A stretch of DNA of 64,000 nucleotides from Bacteroidota bacterium (GTDB lineage: Bacteria > Bacteroidota > Bacteroidia > NS11-12g > UBA9320): positions 246,688-310,687 of the forward strand of contig WGNA01000011.1 of NCBI GenBank assembly GCA_016124755.1, read 5' to 3'. Both the position numbers and the translations under genes were made by a program. The notes under the pieces are model-generated. The model ran no database searches. It had not been told where the DNA came from and was given only the letters and a program-made list of their open reading frames with translations. Within the stretch, counting starts at the first letter, position 1; each line of letters begins with the position of its first letter. Below are positions 49,173 through 61,247 of the stretch, piece by piece.

Positions 49173-52100
49173 ATGTCTTACAATAAAAAAGAGCAAAAGG
49201 TTAAAAGTAACTTTAAAACAATCCGTATCGGTTTGTCTTCTCCGGAAGTGATTCTCCAAAGATCACACGGTGAAGTAATCAAGCCGGAAACCATCAACTA
49301 CCGGTCGTATAAGCCGGAGATGGGCGGACTCTTTTGCGAGAGAATATTTGGTCCGGTAAAGGACTATGAATGTCACTGCGGTAAATACAAGCGAATCCGT
49401 TACAAGGGTATCGTATGTGACCGTTGTGGTGTTGAGGTAACCGAGAAGAAAGTACGTCGTGAGCGTATGGGACACATCGAATTGGTGGTTCCGGTTGCAC
49501 ACATCTGGTACTTCCGTTCTCTTCCGAATAAAATCGGATACCTGCTCGGTCTTCCTTCCAAGAAACTCGACATGATCATCTACTACGAAAGATACGTGGT
49601 AGTGCAATCAGGAGTAAAAGAAGAAGACGGTATCAACTATCTCGATTTCCTCACAGAAGAAGAATACCTTGATATTCTTGACAGTCTTCCAAAAGAAAAT
49701 CAGTACCTCGACGATCACGATCCGAACAAGTTTGTGGCGAAGATGGGTGCCGAAGCGCTTTGGGATCTGCTTGCTCGTCTGGATCTCGACCAGTTGTCGT
49801 ACGACCTGCGTCACCAGGCAGCAAATGAGACTTCACAACAACGAAAGGCAGAAGCTTTAAAAAGACTAAAAGTTATTGAGTCTTTCCGTGAAGCAAATTC
49901 CCGTTTCGAAAACCGTCCGGAATGGATGATCATGAAGATTCTTCCTGTTATTCCACCGGAACTCAGACCGCTTGTGCCTTTGGATGGCGGACGTTTCGCA
50001 ACCAGTGACCTCAACGATTTGTATCGACGGGTTATCATCCGAAACAACCGTTTGAAGCGATTGATGGAAATCAAGGCTCCGGAAGTAATTCTCCGAAACG
50101 AGAAACGAATGCTTCAGGAAGCAGTGGATTCATTGCTCGATAATACCCGACGTGCGAACGCGGTGAAGGCAAGTGGAAACCGTCCGTTGAAATCTCTCAG
50201 CGACATGCTGAAAGGAAAGCAGGGACGTTTCCGTCAGAACCTGCTCGGTAAAAGGGTTGACTATTCCGGTCGTTCGGTTATCGTGGTTGGTCCTACATTG
50301 AAACTTCACGAGTGCGGACTTCCAAAAGGAATGGCGAGCGAGTTATTCAAGCCGTTCATTATCCGGAAACTCATTGAAAGAGGAATTGTTAAAACCGTAA
50401 AATCTGCCAAGAAAATCGTGGATCGAAAGGATCCGGTGATTTGGGAGATTCTGGAAAATATTCTGAAAGGCCATCCGGTTCTTCTCAACCGGGCCCCAAC
50501 ACTTCACAGACTGGGTATTCAGGCATTTCAGCCGAAACTCGTTGAAGGAAAAGCGATTCAGTTACACCCGCTCGTTTGTACCGGTTTCAACGCCGACTTC
50601 GACGGTGACCAGATGGCGGTTCACGTACCTCTCGGAAACGCAGCGGTTCTGGAAGCTCAGATTCTGATGCTCGCTCCGCACAACATTCTGAACCCGGCGA
50701 ATGGGGCTCCGATTGCGGTTCCTTCTCAGGACATGGTTTTGGGTCTGTATTATCTCACCAAGCCAAGAAAGAGTACCGAAGAAAAACCCGTTAAAGGGGA
50801 AGGTCTTACTTTCTACAGCGAGGAAGAGCTTACCATCGCGCATAATGAAGGACGCGCAGCTTTGCACTCCATCATTAAAATAAAAGCCAAAGTTCGAGAG
50901 AACGGCGAACTGGTTGAAAAGGTAATCGAGACCACGGTTGGTCGTGTGATCTTCAACCGCTACGTTCCTCAGGACATGGGCTATCTGAATGTTCTTCTCA
51001 CCAAAAAATCTTTGAGAAACATCATCGGCGACATGGTGAAAGAAGTGGGAATTGCAACAACTGCAGAATTCCTCGACAACATTAAAGATCTTGGATTCCA
51101 GTATTCATTCCGCGGAGGCTTGTCATTCTCTATTAATGACGTAGTTCAGCCGGATGAAAAAGATCAGCTTATTGCTTCGGCTAAAGAAGAAGTCGATGAA
51201 ATCTGGTCTAATTACAACAATGGTTTCATTACCAACAACGAACGATACAACCAGGTAATTGACATCTGGACACGTGTTAACTCCAGAGTTTCCGACGCAC
51301 TTATCAAGAAATTGACGAATGACGATCAGGGCTTTAACCCGATCTACATGATGCTCGATTCCGGTGCGCGGGGTTCTAAAGAGCAGATTCGTCAGCTCGG
51401 AGGTATGCGGGGATTGATGGCAAAACCACAGAAAAAGACAGGTCACGGAGGAACAGGGGAGATTATCGAAAACCCGATTCTTTCCAACTTCCGCGAAGGT
51501 CTTTCGATTCTCGAATACTTCATTTCTACACACGGTGCGCGTAAAGGTCTTGCGGATACGGCTTTGAAAACGGCCGACGCGGGTTACCTTACCCGTCGTT
51601 TGCACGACGTTGCGCAGGACGTAGTTGTTACCAATGTGGATTGTGAAACGCTGAGGGGTATTGAAATTTCCGCTCTTAAGGAAAATGAAGAAATCGTGGA
51701 AAGTCTCTACGACCGGATCCTCGGAAGAACCAGCCTTTACGACGTTGAACATCCGGAAACCGGAGAAATTATCGTTGAGGCAGGCGGTGAAATCAACGAA
51801 GACGTTGCCAAGTCGATTGAAGACAGCGGCATCGAGCGCGTTGAAATCCGTTCGGTAATGACATGTGAGGCGAAACGTGGTGTTTGTGCTAAATGTTACG
51901 GACGAAATCTGGCAAGCGGAAGAATGGTTCAACGAGGTGAAGCAGTGGGTGTAATTGCAGCACAGTCAATCGGGGAACCGGGAACACAGCTTACACTTCG
52001 AACATTCCACGTGGGTGGTACGGCTTCCAACATCGCATCCGAATCGGAATTGCATGTTAAAGTGAGTGGTATTCTCGAGTTCGACGAAGTTAAAACTGTA

Positions 52101-53498
52101 TCTAAAATCACGGAAGACGGAGAAAAACAGGAAATCATCATCGGTCGATCCGGTGAGATTAAAGTTCTTCACCCGAAATCAAAGGAATTGCTCAATACGA
52201 TGAATGTTCCTTATGGTTCCTTCCTGCATGTTAAAAACGGAGATACCGTTGAGAAAGATGACCTCATCTGCTCATGGGATCCATATAACGCGGTGATTAT
52301 TTCTGACCAGGAAGGTCAGGTTGAATTCAAAGACGTAATCGAAGGTTTCACTTATAAAGATGAAATTGACGAACAAACCGGATTCAAGGAAAAAGTACTC
52401 ATCGAGAACCGGGATAAAAAACTGGTTCCTGCGGTAATGCTTTACGATAAGAAGGGTGAAACGCTTAAGGAATTCAACCTTCCGGTAGGTGCGCACATCG
52501 CAGTTGACGACAAACAAAAAATCAAGGCCGGTACCATCATCGCGAAGATTCCGCGTGTGATTGGTAAAACCGGGGATATCACGGGAGGTCTTCCACGGGT
52601 AACTGAATTGTTCGAAGCGCGTAACCCGTCGAATCCGGCGGTTGTTTCCGAGATCGACGGTGTTGTTACCTACGGAGCGATCAAGCGTGGTAACCGTGAG
52701 ATCATCATCGAATCCAAAGAAGGCGTTCAGAAGAAATACCTCGTATCTCTTTCCAAACACATTCTGGTTCAGGACAACGACTTTATCAAAGCCGGAACTC
52801 CATTATCCGATGGTTCGATCACGCCGAAAGATATTCTCGCGATTGAAGGTCCGAGCGCTGTACACAAATACATCGTAAACGGAATTCAGGAAGTATACCG
52901 ACTACAGGGTGTAAAGATCAACGACAAGCACATTGAAGTGATCGTGCGTCAGATGATGCAGAAGGTTACCATTGTTGATCCGGGAGATACCAAGTTCCTC
53001 GAAGGCGAAGGAGTTGACAAAATCGAATTCAAAGAAGAGAACGATTGGATCTACGACAAAAAAGTAGTTACCGATGCGGGCGATTCAAATGAATTGAAAC
53101 CAGGTCAGATCGTGAGTCTGAGAAAACTTCGTGATGTTAACTCGGTTCTGAAACGTAAGGATATGAAGATCGTTGAAATCCGTGACGCAGTTCCGGCAAC
53201 GAGCGAACCATTGCTGATGGGTATTACCAAAGCATCTCTTGGAACGCAAAGCTTTATGTCTGCCGCTTCATTCCAGGAAACTACTAAGGTTCTCAACGAG
53301 GCTGCGATTGCAGGTAAAATTGATGAGATGACAGGTCTTAAGGAGAACGTGATCGTGGGTCACCTTATCCCGGCAGGAACCGGTCTCAGAGATTACGAAG
53401 ACATAATTGTTGGTTCACGTGAAGAGTACGACATGCTGATGAGTTCGAAAGAAGAAGAGTCAGAAGTCTTAGGAGAAGTGGGCGCTTCCAACAGTTGA
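49173..53498 (+). CDS. rpoC: DNA-directed RNA polymerase beta' subunit.
   Basis: Zn-finger [21 protein letters not shown], the NADFDGDQM catalytic motif, 1441 aa. Confidence 0.97.
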   Translation: MSYNKKEQKVKSNFKTIRIGLSSPEVILQRSHGEVIKPETINYRSYKPEMGGLFCERIFGPVKDYECHCGKYKRIRYKGIVCDRCGVEVTEKKVRRERMGHIELVVPVAHIWYFRSLPNKIGYLLGLPSKKLDMIIYYERYVVVQSGVKEEDGINYLDFLTEEEYLDILDSLPKENQYLDDHDPNKFVAKMGAEALWDLLARLDLDQLSYDLRHQAANETSQQRKAEALKRLKVIESFREANSRFENRPEWMIMKILPVIPPELRPLVPLDGGRFATSDLNDLYRRVIIRNNRLKRLMEIKAPEVILRNEKRMLQEAVDSLLDNTRRANAVKASGNRPLKSLSDMLKGKQGRFRQNLLGKRVDYSGRSVIVVGPTLKLHECGLPKGMASELFKPFIIRKLIERGIVKTVKSAKKIVDRKDPVIWEILENILKGHPVLLNRAPTLHRLGIQAFQPKLVEGKAIQLHPLVCTGFNADFDGDQMAVHVPLGNAAVLEAQILMLAPHNILNPANGAPIAVPSQDMVLGLYYLTKPRKSTEEKPVKGEGLTFYSEEELTIAHNEGRAALHSIIKIKAKVRENGELVEKVIETTVGRVIFNRYVPQDMGYLNVLLTKKSLRNIIGDMVKEVGIATTAEFLDNIKDLGFQYSFRGGLSFSINDVVQPDEKDQLIASAKEEVDEIWSNYNNGFITNNERYNQVIDIWTRVNSRVSDALIKKLTNDDQGFNPIYMMLDSGARGSKEQIRQLGGMRGLMAKPQKKTGHGGTGEIIENPILSNFREGLSILEYFISTHGARKGLADTALKTADAGYLTRRLHDVAQDVVVTNVDCETLRGIEISALKENEEIVESLYDRILGRTSLYDVEHPETGEIIVEAGGEINEDVAKSIEDSGIERVEIRSVMTCEAKRGVCAKCYGRNLASGRMVQRGEAVGVIAAQSIGEPGTQLTLRTFHVGGTASNIASESELHVKVSGILEFDEVKTVSKITEDGEKQEIIIGRSGEIKVLHPKSKELLNTMNVPYGSFLHVKNGDTVEKDDLICSWDPYNAVIISDQEGQVEFKDVIEGFTYKDEIDEQTGFKEKVLIENRDKKLVPAVMLYDKKGETLKEFNLPVGAHIAVDDKQKIKAGTIIAKIPRVIGKTGDITGGLPRVTELFEARNPSNPAVVSEIDGVVTYGAIKRGNREIIIESKEGVQKKYLVSLSKHILVQDNDFIKAGTPLSDGSITPKDILAIEGPSAVHKYIVNGIQEVYRLQGVKINDKHIEVIVRQMMQKVTIVDPGDTKFLEGEGVDKIEFKEENDWIYDKKVVTDAGDSNELKPGQIVSLRKLRDVNSVLKRKDMKIVEIRDAVPATSEPLLMGITKASLGTQSFMSAASFQETTKVLNEAAIAGKIDEMTGLKENVIVGHLIPAGTGLRDYEDIIVGSREEYDMLMSSKEEESEVLGEVGASNS

Positions 53499-53518
53499 TA
53501 ATACATTAACACTAAAGT

Positions 53519-53553
53519 AAGGGCGGTGAACTTTCATCGCCCTTATCTGTTTA
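53519..53553 (+). terminator. Rho-independent terminator after rpoC.
   Basis: AAGGGCG-gtgaactttcat-CGCCCTT, a 7-bp perfect stem, followed by ATCTGTTT. Confidence 0.6.
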
Positions 53554-53565
53554 AAAAAATAGGTT

Positions 53566-53880
53566 ATGGACGAAAACGAAAACAAAGGTCAGCAGATCGA
53601 CATCGAACTCTCTGAAGAAGTAGCAGACGGTATTTACGCCAATCTCGCTATTATTTCTCACTCTAATTCTGAATTCATTGTTGACTTCGTTCGAATGATG
53701 CCCGGAACTCCGAAAGCAAAAGTGAAATCCCGCATCATCCTTTCACCACAGCACGCCAAAAGACTTTTGGCCGCACTCAATGAAAATGTCCGGAAATACG
53801 AGGACAATTTCGGGGAGATTGAATCTCACGAACAATTCCCTACCTTCCCGATGAATTTCGGGCCGGTTGGTGAAGCCTGA
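53566..53880 (+). CDS. DUF3467-like small protein, commonly found downstream of rpoC in Bacteroidota.
   Basis: Motif GIYANLAIISHSNSEFIVDF. Conserved position. Confidence 0.5.
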   Translation: MDENENKGQQIDIELSEEVADGIYANLAIISHSNSEFIVDFVRMMPGTPKAKVKSRIILSPQHAKRLLAALNENVRKYEDNFGEIESHEQFPTFPMNFGPVGEA

Positions 53881-53895
53881 TCCGGCTGAGTTATC

Positions 53896-54591
53896 ATGCG
53901 CGGTACTGTCGGTATCATACTGATCATTGCCATTAGCGGCCAGATTTCCGGATGCAAACCCGGTAATCGAAATCGTACTGCTCATTCTGAAGAGCAGGAA
54001 GTCTCCACGGATTCGGAACCTGAGATACAGAGCGTAAAGCAGGTGAAGACCTCAGATGCGGAAATCACAACGGAAGAAGTCTCAGAGGAAAATGAGGAAA
54101 CAGACGGCTTGTATTCTGTTGCGGTAAAAATCCTGCATCTGATTAAAAACTTCCGTTTCGATACTCTTCAATCGTACATTCATCCATCGCGCGGTGTCGC
54201 ATTTTCACCCTACGGATATATCGATTCTCCATTAGTTTTTAAACCTAAAGAACTGAACGGGTATCTGGCATCAGACTCTGTTTTTTGCTGGGGTTATTAC
54301 GATGGATCCGGCGACAGCATTCTAATGACTTTCCCGGATTACATTAAGTCTTTTGTGTATTGTGCGGATTTTCTCGACATGGCCGACACTTCGGTTAATC
54401 GCGTTTATCACGCAGGCAATACTTTAAATAATTTCAAATCCTGTTATCCGTCGGCACAGTATATCGACTTTCATGTCGAAGGAACCGAAGAATACGGGGG
54501 AATGGATTGGAGAACCCTGAGAATGGGATTCGTGAAAGTGAAAGATCAATGGAAACTCATCGCGCTCATTCACGATGAGTGGACGATCTGA
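53896..54591 (+). CDS. Hypothetical lipoprotein.
   Basis: Signal with lipobox (AISGQISGC). Confidence 0.35.
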   Translation: MRGTVGIILIIAISGQISGCKPGNRNRTAHSEEQEVSTDSEPEIQSVKQVKTSDAEITTEEVSEENEETDGLYSVAVKILHLIKNFRFDTLQSYIHPSRGVAFSPYGYIDSPLVFKPKELNGYLASDSVFCWGYYDGSGDSILMTFPDYIKSFVYCADFLDMADTSVNRVYHAGNTLNNFKSCYPSAQYIDFHVEGTEEYGGMDWRTLRMGFVKVKDQWKLIALIHDEWTI

Positions 54592-54596
54592 TCACC

Positions 54597-56825
54597 TTAT
54601 TCGATCTGAATTTTAGTCCGGAAGACTCCACCTTTCCCATCATTAATTTCTAAAATGTACATGCCGTAACTTGCGGTTTCAACATTGATCATTATTCCGT
54701 TTGAAGTCGGATTACTGTCGTGATTAATTTCCCGCCCCGCCAAATCCATTATCCTGATCTGATTATCGGCATTAGAAGAAATTCCTTCAATAAATATTCT
54801 CCCCTGCGAAGGGTTCGGGAATATTTTATAATCCGGAGCATCAATCACGGGGCTTGAAAGTGCATCTGAAATCTGAATGGTATCGTAATAGGTGCCGCAA
54901 CCATTGCTCACTTTAACCCAATAGGTTCCAAAATCAGTTACAGTTAAAGTGGAAGAAGTAGAACCATCACTCCATGTGTATTTCGCATCGGCATTGGAAG
55001 CATTGAGTTGTATGCTGAAGGGTTTTTTAACAAGCGTATCATTTCCGAGATTTACGACCGGAGTGTATTGCAGAGCAACCTGAGTACTGTCTCTAAAGGT
55101 TCCGCAGTATTGGGTTTTAACACGAACTTTATAATTTCCGATTGCATTAACAATGTGAGAGCTATCCGTTGATCCGTCGTTCCATAGAATGTCCGCATCG
55201 GGATTATTCGCATTTAGTTCACCCTTTAGTGAGTCGCAGAAAATGGTTGTGTCGGGCCAGTTGATTGGCGTTGCGCTTCCCAGCCTCACCTTCATATACC
55301 TGAAAACATTGTCGCGACAAGTTCCCTGAGTTGAAATAAAGAGTTTGAAATCTCCTGATTTTTTAAACTCAACCGTATCGCTGATTCCTTCCCCAAACAC
55401 ATCTCCGCTACTGGAAAATGTGTGGTTACCGGAATTGGTAATAACCGCACCCAACGTATCGAACACATACCAACCGAAGGAAGTTTTAGCAGACGGATTT
55501 CTGAAATCCACTTTTAAAGCAAACTTCTCGCAACCCAGCGTGTCGATTCCGATCTCGGGGAAGGATCTCGGGTTTACCTTAATCATCACATGTTTGTATG
55601 CAAATCCCGGAACCGGACAGTGATTGTCGTTCGCTTCCAGCAATAAGTGATAAAGCTGATCAGAAGCATCGCCTTCGGCAGGTCTCCATCCGAAAACCAG
55701 TTTGCGCAATCTGGCTGTAGAATCTTCCCATCGGGTTGTACTGCCGTTAATTGAATTGAGAACTCTGATGGAAACCGTATCCGGATCGGGTGTCGGGTTT
55801 GGCGGCGGGAGAACTTTAACTTTATCGTCGCTGGTTATAAAAAAGCTCAGCGAATCTCCTTCACATACCTGATAGAACTCAAAGCCGCTCATGGTTGGAG
55901 CATTGTTCTGATCGCATACCATCATTTCTAACTGAACCTCCCGGATAGCGGTTGAAATATTCACATACAGACCGGAAGAGTTCTTTCTCCATTCTTTAAC
56001 CTGCACGTTCAACAAAGAATAATCATCACATTTTGTTGGCGTGAAAATGAGATCACCGGTTTGGGCATTTAAATAAAATCCGATAGGCGGATCTGCTTTA
56101 GGATTAATAACTCCTTTACCGGTAGGGTCATAAATTTTAACCGGATTGGCATAACTGTAACCGGTTGAAAAAGTTACGTTGGAACCGGCACCCTGAAGCG
56201 GAGTTGCCAACTCATAACTCAAACTGTCTCCATCCGGATCGTAAGCTCCGATACTTAAAAAATTTGGCGTATTACAACATAATTTTTGTCTTGGTGAACT
56301 CAGAAAAACCGGACTTGAATTTTTGGGAAATTGGTTCGGATCAAATTCTAAATACAAATACGTGTTGGTATTGGCCGGGCCGGTTGAGATCGAAGAATTG
56401 CGGCAACACTGTCCGCTTTCTGCCACCAATGTTCCGCATCCCAAAAGCGATTTATATTTGGTTGTTCTAAAATCAACCGTGGTTTTATACGTGTGTTGTT
56501 CTTCGCCGGAACCGCTCATATTCGTGTTGGCAGGGGAACAGGGAACAGAGCCCGATGAACAATAATTGGAGATATTTTTAATGCCGACCAACGTGAGGGA
56601 AACCGCAACAGACTTGCTTCCGTTTTTACATTTTATATGCGTTACGCTCTCTGGGTTGTCGAATTTCACCCCCCGGCAATCGCGGTAAAAAGTGAAGTAA
56701 AAATCATAAACAGAATCGCCAACCAACTCGTAACGGATGTCTCCACCCATTAAATGAGTCGCTTTAGTCTGAGTAAAAAAGGAAAGGGTCAACAGGAGTA
56801 AAATCAGGTTTCTTTTCATGTGCAT
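54597..56825 (-). CDS. Large secreted T9SS cargo protein with a C-terminal type A sorting domain.
   Basis: Signal peptide MKRNLILLLLTLSFFTQTKA. C-terminus KIFPNPSQGRIFIEG...GMYILEINDGKGGVFRTKIQIE. Confidence 0.65.
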   Translation of the reverse strand: MHMKRNLILLLLTLSFFTQTKATHLMGGDIRYELVGDSVYDFYFTFYRDCRGVKFDNPESVTHIKCKNGSKSVAVSLTLVGIKNISNYCSSGSVPCSPANTNMSGSGEEQHTYKTTVDFRTTKYKSLLGCGTLVAESGQCCRNSSISTGPANTNTYLYLEFDPNQFPKNSSPVFLSSPRQKLCCNTPNFLSIGAYDPDGDSLSYELATPLQGAGSNVTFSTGYSYANPVKIYDPTGKGVINPKADPPIGFYLNAQTGDLIFTPTKCDDYSLLNVQVKEWRKNSSGLYVNISTAIREVQLEMMVCDQNNAPTMSGFEFYQVCEGDSLSFFITSDDKVKVLPPPNPTPDPDTVSIRVLNSINGSTTRWEDSTARLRKLVFGWRPAEGDASDQLYHLLLEANDNHCPVPGFAYKHVMIKVNPRSFPEIGIDTLGCEKFALKVDFRNPSAKTSFGWYVFDTLGAVITNSGNHTFSSSGDVFGEGISDTVEFKKSGDFKLFISTQGTCRDNVFRYMKVRLGSATPINWPDTTIFCDSLKGELNANNPDADILWNDGSTDSSHIVNAIGNYKVRVKTQYCGTFRDSTQVALQYTPVVNLGNDTLVKKPFSIQLNASNADAKYTWSDGSTSSTLTVTDFGTYWVKVSNGCGTYYDTIQISDALSSPVIDAPDYKIFPNPSQGRIFIEGISSNADNQIRIMDLAGREINHDSNPTSNGIMINVETASYGMYILEINDGKGGVFRTKIQIE

Positions 56826-56990
56826 CAGGGTCGATTTGCTAAAATAAGTTAGTGTGTTATAAATCCGAAATTCTATCGGGCTTATTTGTAGAATCTGTTG
56901 TTAAGGATGTACAGATTTACTTTTTGGTTGTCTGAAGTTAATTAACCGAATCTGATTACACTATTTATTAAGTGTAAATACTAATTTGCC

Positions 56991-57608
56991 TTGCGTAAAA
57001 AAATCACATTAGTAAATATGGATATCACCAAAATTATCATGGACCAGTTGGGCGAAAACGGACTTTCCGCCATGGCTGAAAAAATTGGAGCGGATAAAAA
57101 ACAAACTGCATCTGCTTTAGAAGGAATAATGCCTACACTACTCGGTGCGATGTCGAATAATTCGCAATCCGAATCCGGTGCATCGGGTTTACTCGGAGCA
57201 TTAGACCGCGATCATGACGGAAGCATTTTGGATGATATTACGGGTTTTATTACCGGTGGAGACAACAACTCCGGCTCCGGAATTCTTCGACACGTTTTGG
57301 GGGATAATCAATCTGCGGTTGAACAGGGCTTAAGTGCGAAAACCGGTTTGCAATCCAATCAGATTTCCAGTTTGCTCACGATGGTTGCGCCGATTTTAAT
57401 GGGATATCTCGGAAAACAGAAAAAACAATCCAATAACCAATCCGGTGGATTTGATCTCGGCGGGCTCTCTTCACTTTTAGGAAACTGGGCAGGTGAGGCA
57501 GACAAAAACACCGGTCTCGACCTCAACGATATTTTAAAAGTTGTGGGAGGATTAGGTGGCAAAAGTTCCGGTGGTCTTGGCGGATTACTCGGCAATCTTT
57601 TTAAATAA
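56991..57608 (+). CDS. Gly/Ser/Leu-rich DUF937-like protein.
   Basis: Repeated LLGA/LGGL segments (PTLLGAMS, GLLGAL, LGGLSSLLGN, GGLGGLLGNLF). Confidence 0.45.
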   Translation: MRKKITLVNMDITKIIMDQLGENGLSAMAEKIGADKKQTASALEGIMPTLLGAMSNNSQSESGASGLLGALDRDHDGSILDDITGFITGGDNNSGSGILRHVLGDNQSAVEQGLSAKTGLQSNQISSLLTMVAPILMGYLGKQKKQSNNQSGGFDLGGLSSLLGNWAGEADKNTGLDLNDILKVVGGLGGKSSGGLGGLLGNLFK

Positions 57609-57757
57609 TAATTATTTCTCCGCTTCATCACACCTTCTTGTGGTTAGAACTAAAAGAACAAAATGAATTGTGCGAAGCGGATTCTAAAACAAGAATTGGA
57701 TCGCGTGGGTGGGACGTGGGAAAGGCGGGATGGCCCCGGCGGGAATTTGCTATCCGA

Positions 57758-57872
57758 CTTGATTTTTTGCTTACTTTTTTATCAAGAAAAAAGTGAGAAG
57801 AAAATAGTTTGTACATCGATCTCCCAACCAATTTACAATCTTGGTGTATCCATACTGAGAAGTATTTACCAA
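57758..57872 (+). repeat. Copy 2 of the ~115-bp conserved noncoding element. Copy 1 is at 60-178.
   Basis: Shared segments GATTTTTTGCTTACTTTTTTATCAAGAAAAAAGTGAGAA and CAATTTACAATCTTGGTGTATCCA. Confidence 0.6.
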
Positions 57873-57976
57873 TTTTTTATCCGGAGGAAATTTGCTCCTC
57901 CGATGCAACCTTTTCTCCACGTATCAGACTAAGGGAAAAACGTATCTTTACCTGAGATTCCGTTATTTCCTTTAGC

Positions 57977-59584
57977 ATGATAACATCAACGCAGAAAGCC
58001 ACACGCACTCAATCCGGACTTAGTGAATACACCGGGTCATGGACAGCAGCGGAAGTTCGACACCTGCTTCGGCGAACCATGTTTGGTTGCAAGCCATCGG
58101 ATGTTGAATATTTCCTTTCTAAAAACATGAGCGATTCGGTGGATGAATTACTCAATGTTTCATCGACTCCACCCGATCCTCCGGTGAACAATTATAATTC
58201 GAGCAGGCTTACCGATCCGGATATTGCTTTGGGCGATACCTGGGTGAACGGGCCGGATAATTCCGGTTTGTATGGTGTGCGGATGTTGTCTTTAAAAGCC
58301 TGGTGGGTTGGTTTAATGATCAACCAAAGCCGGTCTGTTCTCGAGCAGATGACGCTCTTTTGGCACAACCATTTTTCGACCGAAACCAACGTGTACCGCG
58401 ATCCGATTTACGGCTACAAACACGTGGCGATGTTGCGGGCAAATGCTCTCGGAAATTTTAAATCATTCGTAAAATCAGTAACACTCGATCCGGCGATGCT
58501 CGACTATCTCAACGGGCAGAAAAATTCTAAAAATGCGCCGGATGAAAATTATGGAAGAGAACTACAAGAGCTCTTCACTTTAGGAAAAGGCCCCGATTCG
58601 AAATACACTGAAGACGATGTTAAACAAGCGGCCAGAGTTCTAACCGGCTACCGGATTAACCGAACGAATTACACTTCCTTTTTTCAGGCGAATCAACACG
58701 ATACCGGAAATAAAACTTTCTCATCTTTCTATGGCAACCATACCATTACCGGGAAAAGCGGAACCGACGGAGCAACTGAACTCGACGACTTGCTCGATAT
58801 GATTTTTAATGAAGAGGAAGTGTCGAAATTTCTTTGCCGCAAACTCTATCGATGGTTCGTTTACTACGACATTGATGCGGGTGTGGAAGACGATGTAATT
58901 TCTCCGTTGGCGGCAATTTTCAGAACGAATAATTACGATATAAAACCGGTACTCGAAGCACTGTTTAAAAGCGAACACTTTTTTGATGTTGCGAATCGGG
59001 GTTGTCTCATTAAATCCCCCATCAACTCAACAGTTGGAATGTTGCGGCAATGCGATGTTGCGATTCCTGATTCTTCCAAAGTTGTTCAACAATATTATTT
59101 CTGGCAGATTGCCCAGCAGGTTTCGGCAGCGCAGCAACAGGATGTCGGAGATCCGCCAAATGTTTCCGGTTGGCCGGCATATTATCAGGTCCCGCAATTC
59201 CATGAAATCTGGATCAACACCGACACGCTACCGAAGCGAAATCAGATAACCGACATAATGGTTTTTGCCGGAGTGAGCCGCGACGGAGAAAAGATGGTGA
59301 TCGACACCACGCACGTTGCGGAAATGACTTCCAAACCAGAAGATCCGAATAAGCTGATTCAGGATTTGCTCGATAACTTTTATACGCTCGATGTCAGTTC
59401 GGATCAGAAAACCTATATGAAAAGTTTGCTGCTTTCGGGGCAATCGAACGACAGCTACTGGACGAATGCCTGGAATACCTATCAGGGAGATAAAACCAAT
59501 GCGCTCAACAAAACAATAGTTGAGAACCGTTTGAAAGGATTGTTAAAATACATCATGAACCTGGGAGAATTTCAACTCTCGTAA
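57977..59584 (+). CDS. DUF1800 family protein.
   Basis: N-terminal HLLRRTMFG motif. Length 535 aa. Paired with a downstream DUF1501 gene. Confidence 0.65.
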   Translation: MITSTQKATRTQSGLSEYTGSWTAAEVRHLLRRTMFGCKPSDVEYFLSKNMSDSVDELLNVSSTPPDPPVNNYNSSRLTDPDIALGDTWVNGPDNSGLYGVRMLSLKAWWVGLMINQSRSVLEQMTLFWHNHFSTETNVYRDPIYGYKHVAMLRANALGNFKSFVKSVTLDPAMLDYLNGQKNSKNAPDENYGRELQELFTLGKGPDSKYTEDDVKQAARVLTGYRINRTNYTSFFQANQHDTGNKTFSSFYGNHTITGKSGTDGATELDDLLDMIFNEEEVSKFLCRKLYRWFVYYDIDAGVEDDVISPLAAIFRTNNYDIKPVLEALFKSEHFFDVANRGCLIKSPINSTVGMLRQCDVAIPDSSKVVQQYYFWQIAQQVSAAQQQDVGDPPNVSGWPAYYQVPQFHEIWINTDTLPKRNQITDIMVFAGVSRDGEKMVIDTTHVAEMTSKPEDPNKLIQDLLDNFYTLDVSSDQKTYMKSLLLSGQSNDSYWTNAWNTYQGDKTNALNKTIVENRLKGLLKYIMNLGEFQLS

Positions 59585-59595
59585 AAACTGAAGCG

Positions 59596-61194
59596 ATGAA
59601 AAGAAGAGAATTTTTAAAAGCCAGCGCTCCGTTTACCGCACTCCCATTTATGATGAACGGCGTACCGCTCACGGCATTGGGGAAACCGGAAATTATGAAC
59701 GCGCTTTCGGGAGCCTTCGTAAATACCGATCACGTTTTAGTTTTAATTCAACTCAATGGCGGAAACGACGGACTCAACACCGTTATTCCGGTAGATCAAT
59801 ACACCAATCTCGCGAAGGTTCGGTCGAATATTATGGTTCCCGTTGCCAAGGTTTTAGTGCTGAATGATGTTACCGGAACCGGACTTCATCCTGCCATGAC
59901 GCACATGCGTTCGATGTTTAATGAAGGGAAACTGAACATCATTCAAAGTGTCGGGTATCCGAATCCGAACTTTTCGCATTTCCGTGCGACCGACATCTGG
60001 AACACCGCTTCCGATTCTGATGAAATCTTGTATTCAGGTTGGGTGGGGAGATACCTCAGCCATGAATTTCCAAACTTCCCGATTGGGTTTCCCAACTCCG
60101 ATATGCCGGATCCGCTGGCTCTCCAGGTAGGTTCGGTGGTTTCAACGGTTTGTCAGGGTGTGAGTGTAAACATGGGTATGGCGATCAGCGATCCTGCGGC
60201 ATATTATGCTTTGGTCACCGGTAATTACACGACCTCGCCATCGACACATGCCGGAAAAGAACTGGATTACATCCGACGGGTTGCCGAACAAAGCAATGAA
60301 TACGGTCAGGTTGTAAAAACAGCCGGAGAAAAAGGTGCGAACAAGAGCAGCAAATATCCGGATGCCGGTGTGAATTCTCTTGCAGATCAGTTGAAGATCG
60401 TGGCGAGACTCATTTCCGGCGGACTAAAAACCCGGATTTACGTGGTGAATCTGAATGGTTTCGATACCCACGCCGGACAAGTAGATGCAACCGGAGGAAC
60501 CGAAACCGGATATCATGCGAATTTGTTGGGATGGATCAGCGAGGCAATTGATGCGTTTCAGGACGACATCGAACAATTAGGATTAGATGACCGGGTTTTG
60601 GGAATGACGTATTCCGAATTCGGTCGCAGAATCATGTCGAATTTCTCGTTGGGAACCGACCACGGAGCAGCGGCGCCAATGTTCTTATTCGGAAAAAATG
60701 CAAAAGGTGGAATTACCGGTTCAAACCCAACCATTAGTTCGAGTGTAACGGTAAACGACAATATTCCGATGCAATACGATTTCCGGTCTGTGTACTCTTC
60801 CATTCTGAAAAACTGGTTCTGCCTCGAAACCACCGAAGTGGATGAAGTTTTAACCAGCACCCACCAACCTCTCGATCTCATTCAGGAATCGGCTTGTGGA
60901 ATTTCATCGGTTGAACGCGCACGGTTGCGAAAATCCGGAGAAGCCTGGGTGCTCAATTATCCGAATCCGTTCAGTGACTTCACCACGATACGCTACGAAT
61001 CGGATGGCGGACATATTTTAATTCAGATTTATAATCATCAGGCGCAACTGATCGAAACTTTGGTAGATGAAGTAACCGCTCCGGGCGAACACGAAGTGGT
61101 GTTTAATGCTTCGCAATATGCGGCCGGAACTTATTATTACCGGTACCAGCGGGGCATGTATCAGCAAACCAAACCGATGATCAAAATCCGGTAA
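59596..61194 (+). CDS. DUF1501 family protein (sulfatase-like fold, Tat signal) fused to a T9SS C-terminal sorting domain.
   Basis: N-terminus MKRREFLKASAPF. C-terminus VLNYPNPFSDFTTIRYE...AGTYYYRYQ, typical of a T9SS tail. Confidence 0.65.
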   Translation: MKRREFLKASAPFTALPFMMNGVPLTALGKPEIMNALSGAFVNTDHVLVLIQLNGGNDGLNTVIPVDQYTNLAKVRSNIMVPVAKVLVLNDVTGTGLHPAMTHMRSMFNEGKLNIIQSVGYPNPNFSHFRATDIWNTASDSDEILYSGWVGRYLSHEFPNFPIGFPNSDMPDPLALQVGSVVSTVCQGVSVNMGMAISDPAAYYALVTGNYTTSPSTHAGKELDYIRRVAEQSNEYGQVVKTAGEKGANKSSKYPDAGVNSLADQLKIVARLISGGLKTRIYVVNLNGFDTHAGQVDATGGTETGYHANLLGWISEAIDAFQDDIEQLGLDDRVLGMTYSEFGRRIMSNFSLGTDHGAAAPMFLFGKNAKGGITGSNPTISSSVTVNDNIPMQYDFRSVYSSILKNWFCLETTEVDEVLTSTHQPLDLIQESACGISSVERARLRKSGEAWVLNYPNPFSDFTTIRYESDGGHILIQIYNHQAQLIETLVDEVTAPGEHEVVFNASQYAAGTYYYRYQRGMYQQTKPMIKIR

Positions 61195-61247
61195 AGTGTT
61201 AAAGCCTTTTCACCGGGGTTAGGTTCGTTTGCCGTGAGGTCTGATAT

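Noticed and set aside
45335-53296. Numerous minus-strand and alternate-frame ORFs inside rpoB/rpoC
   Set aside because: Shadow ORFs within highly conserved essential genes.
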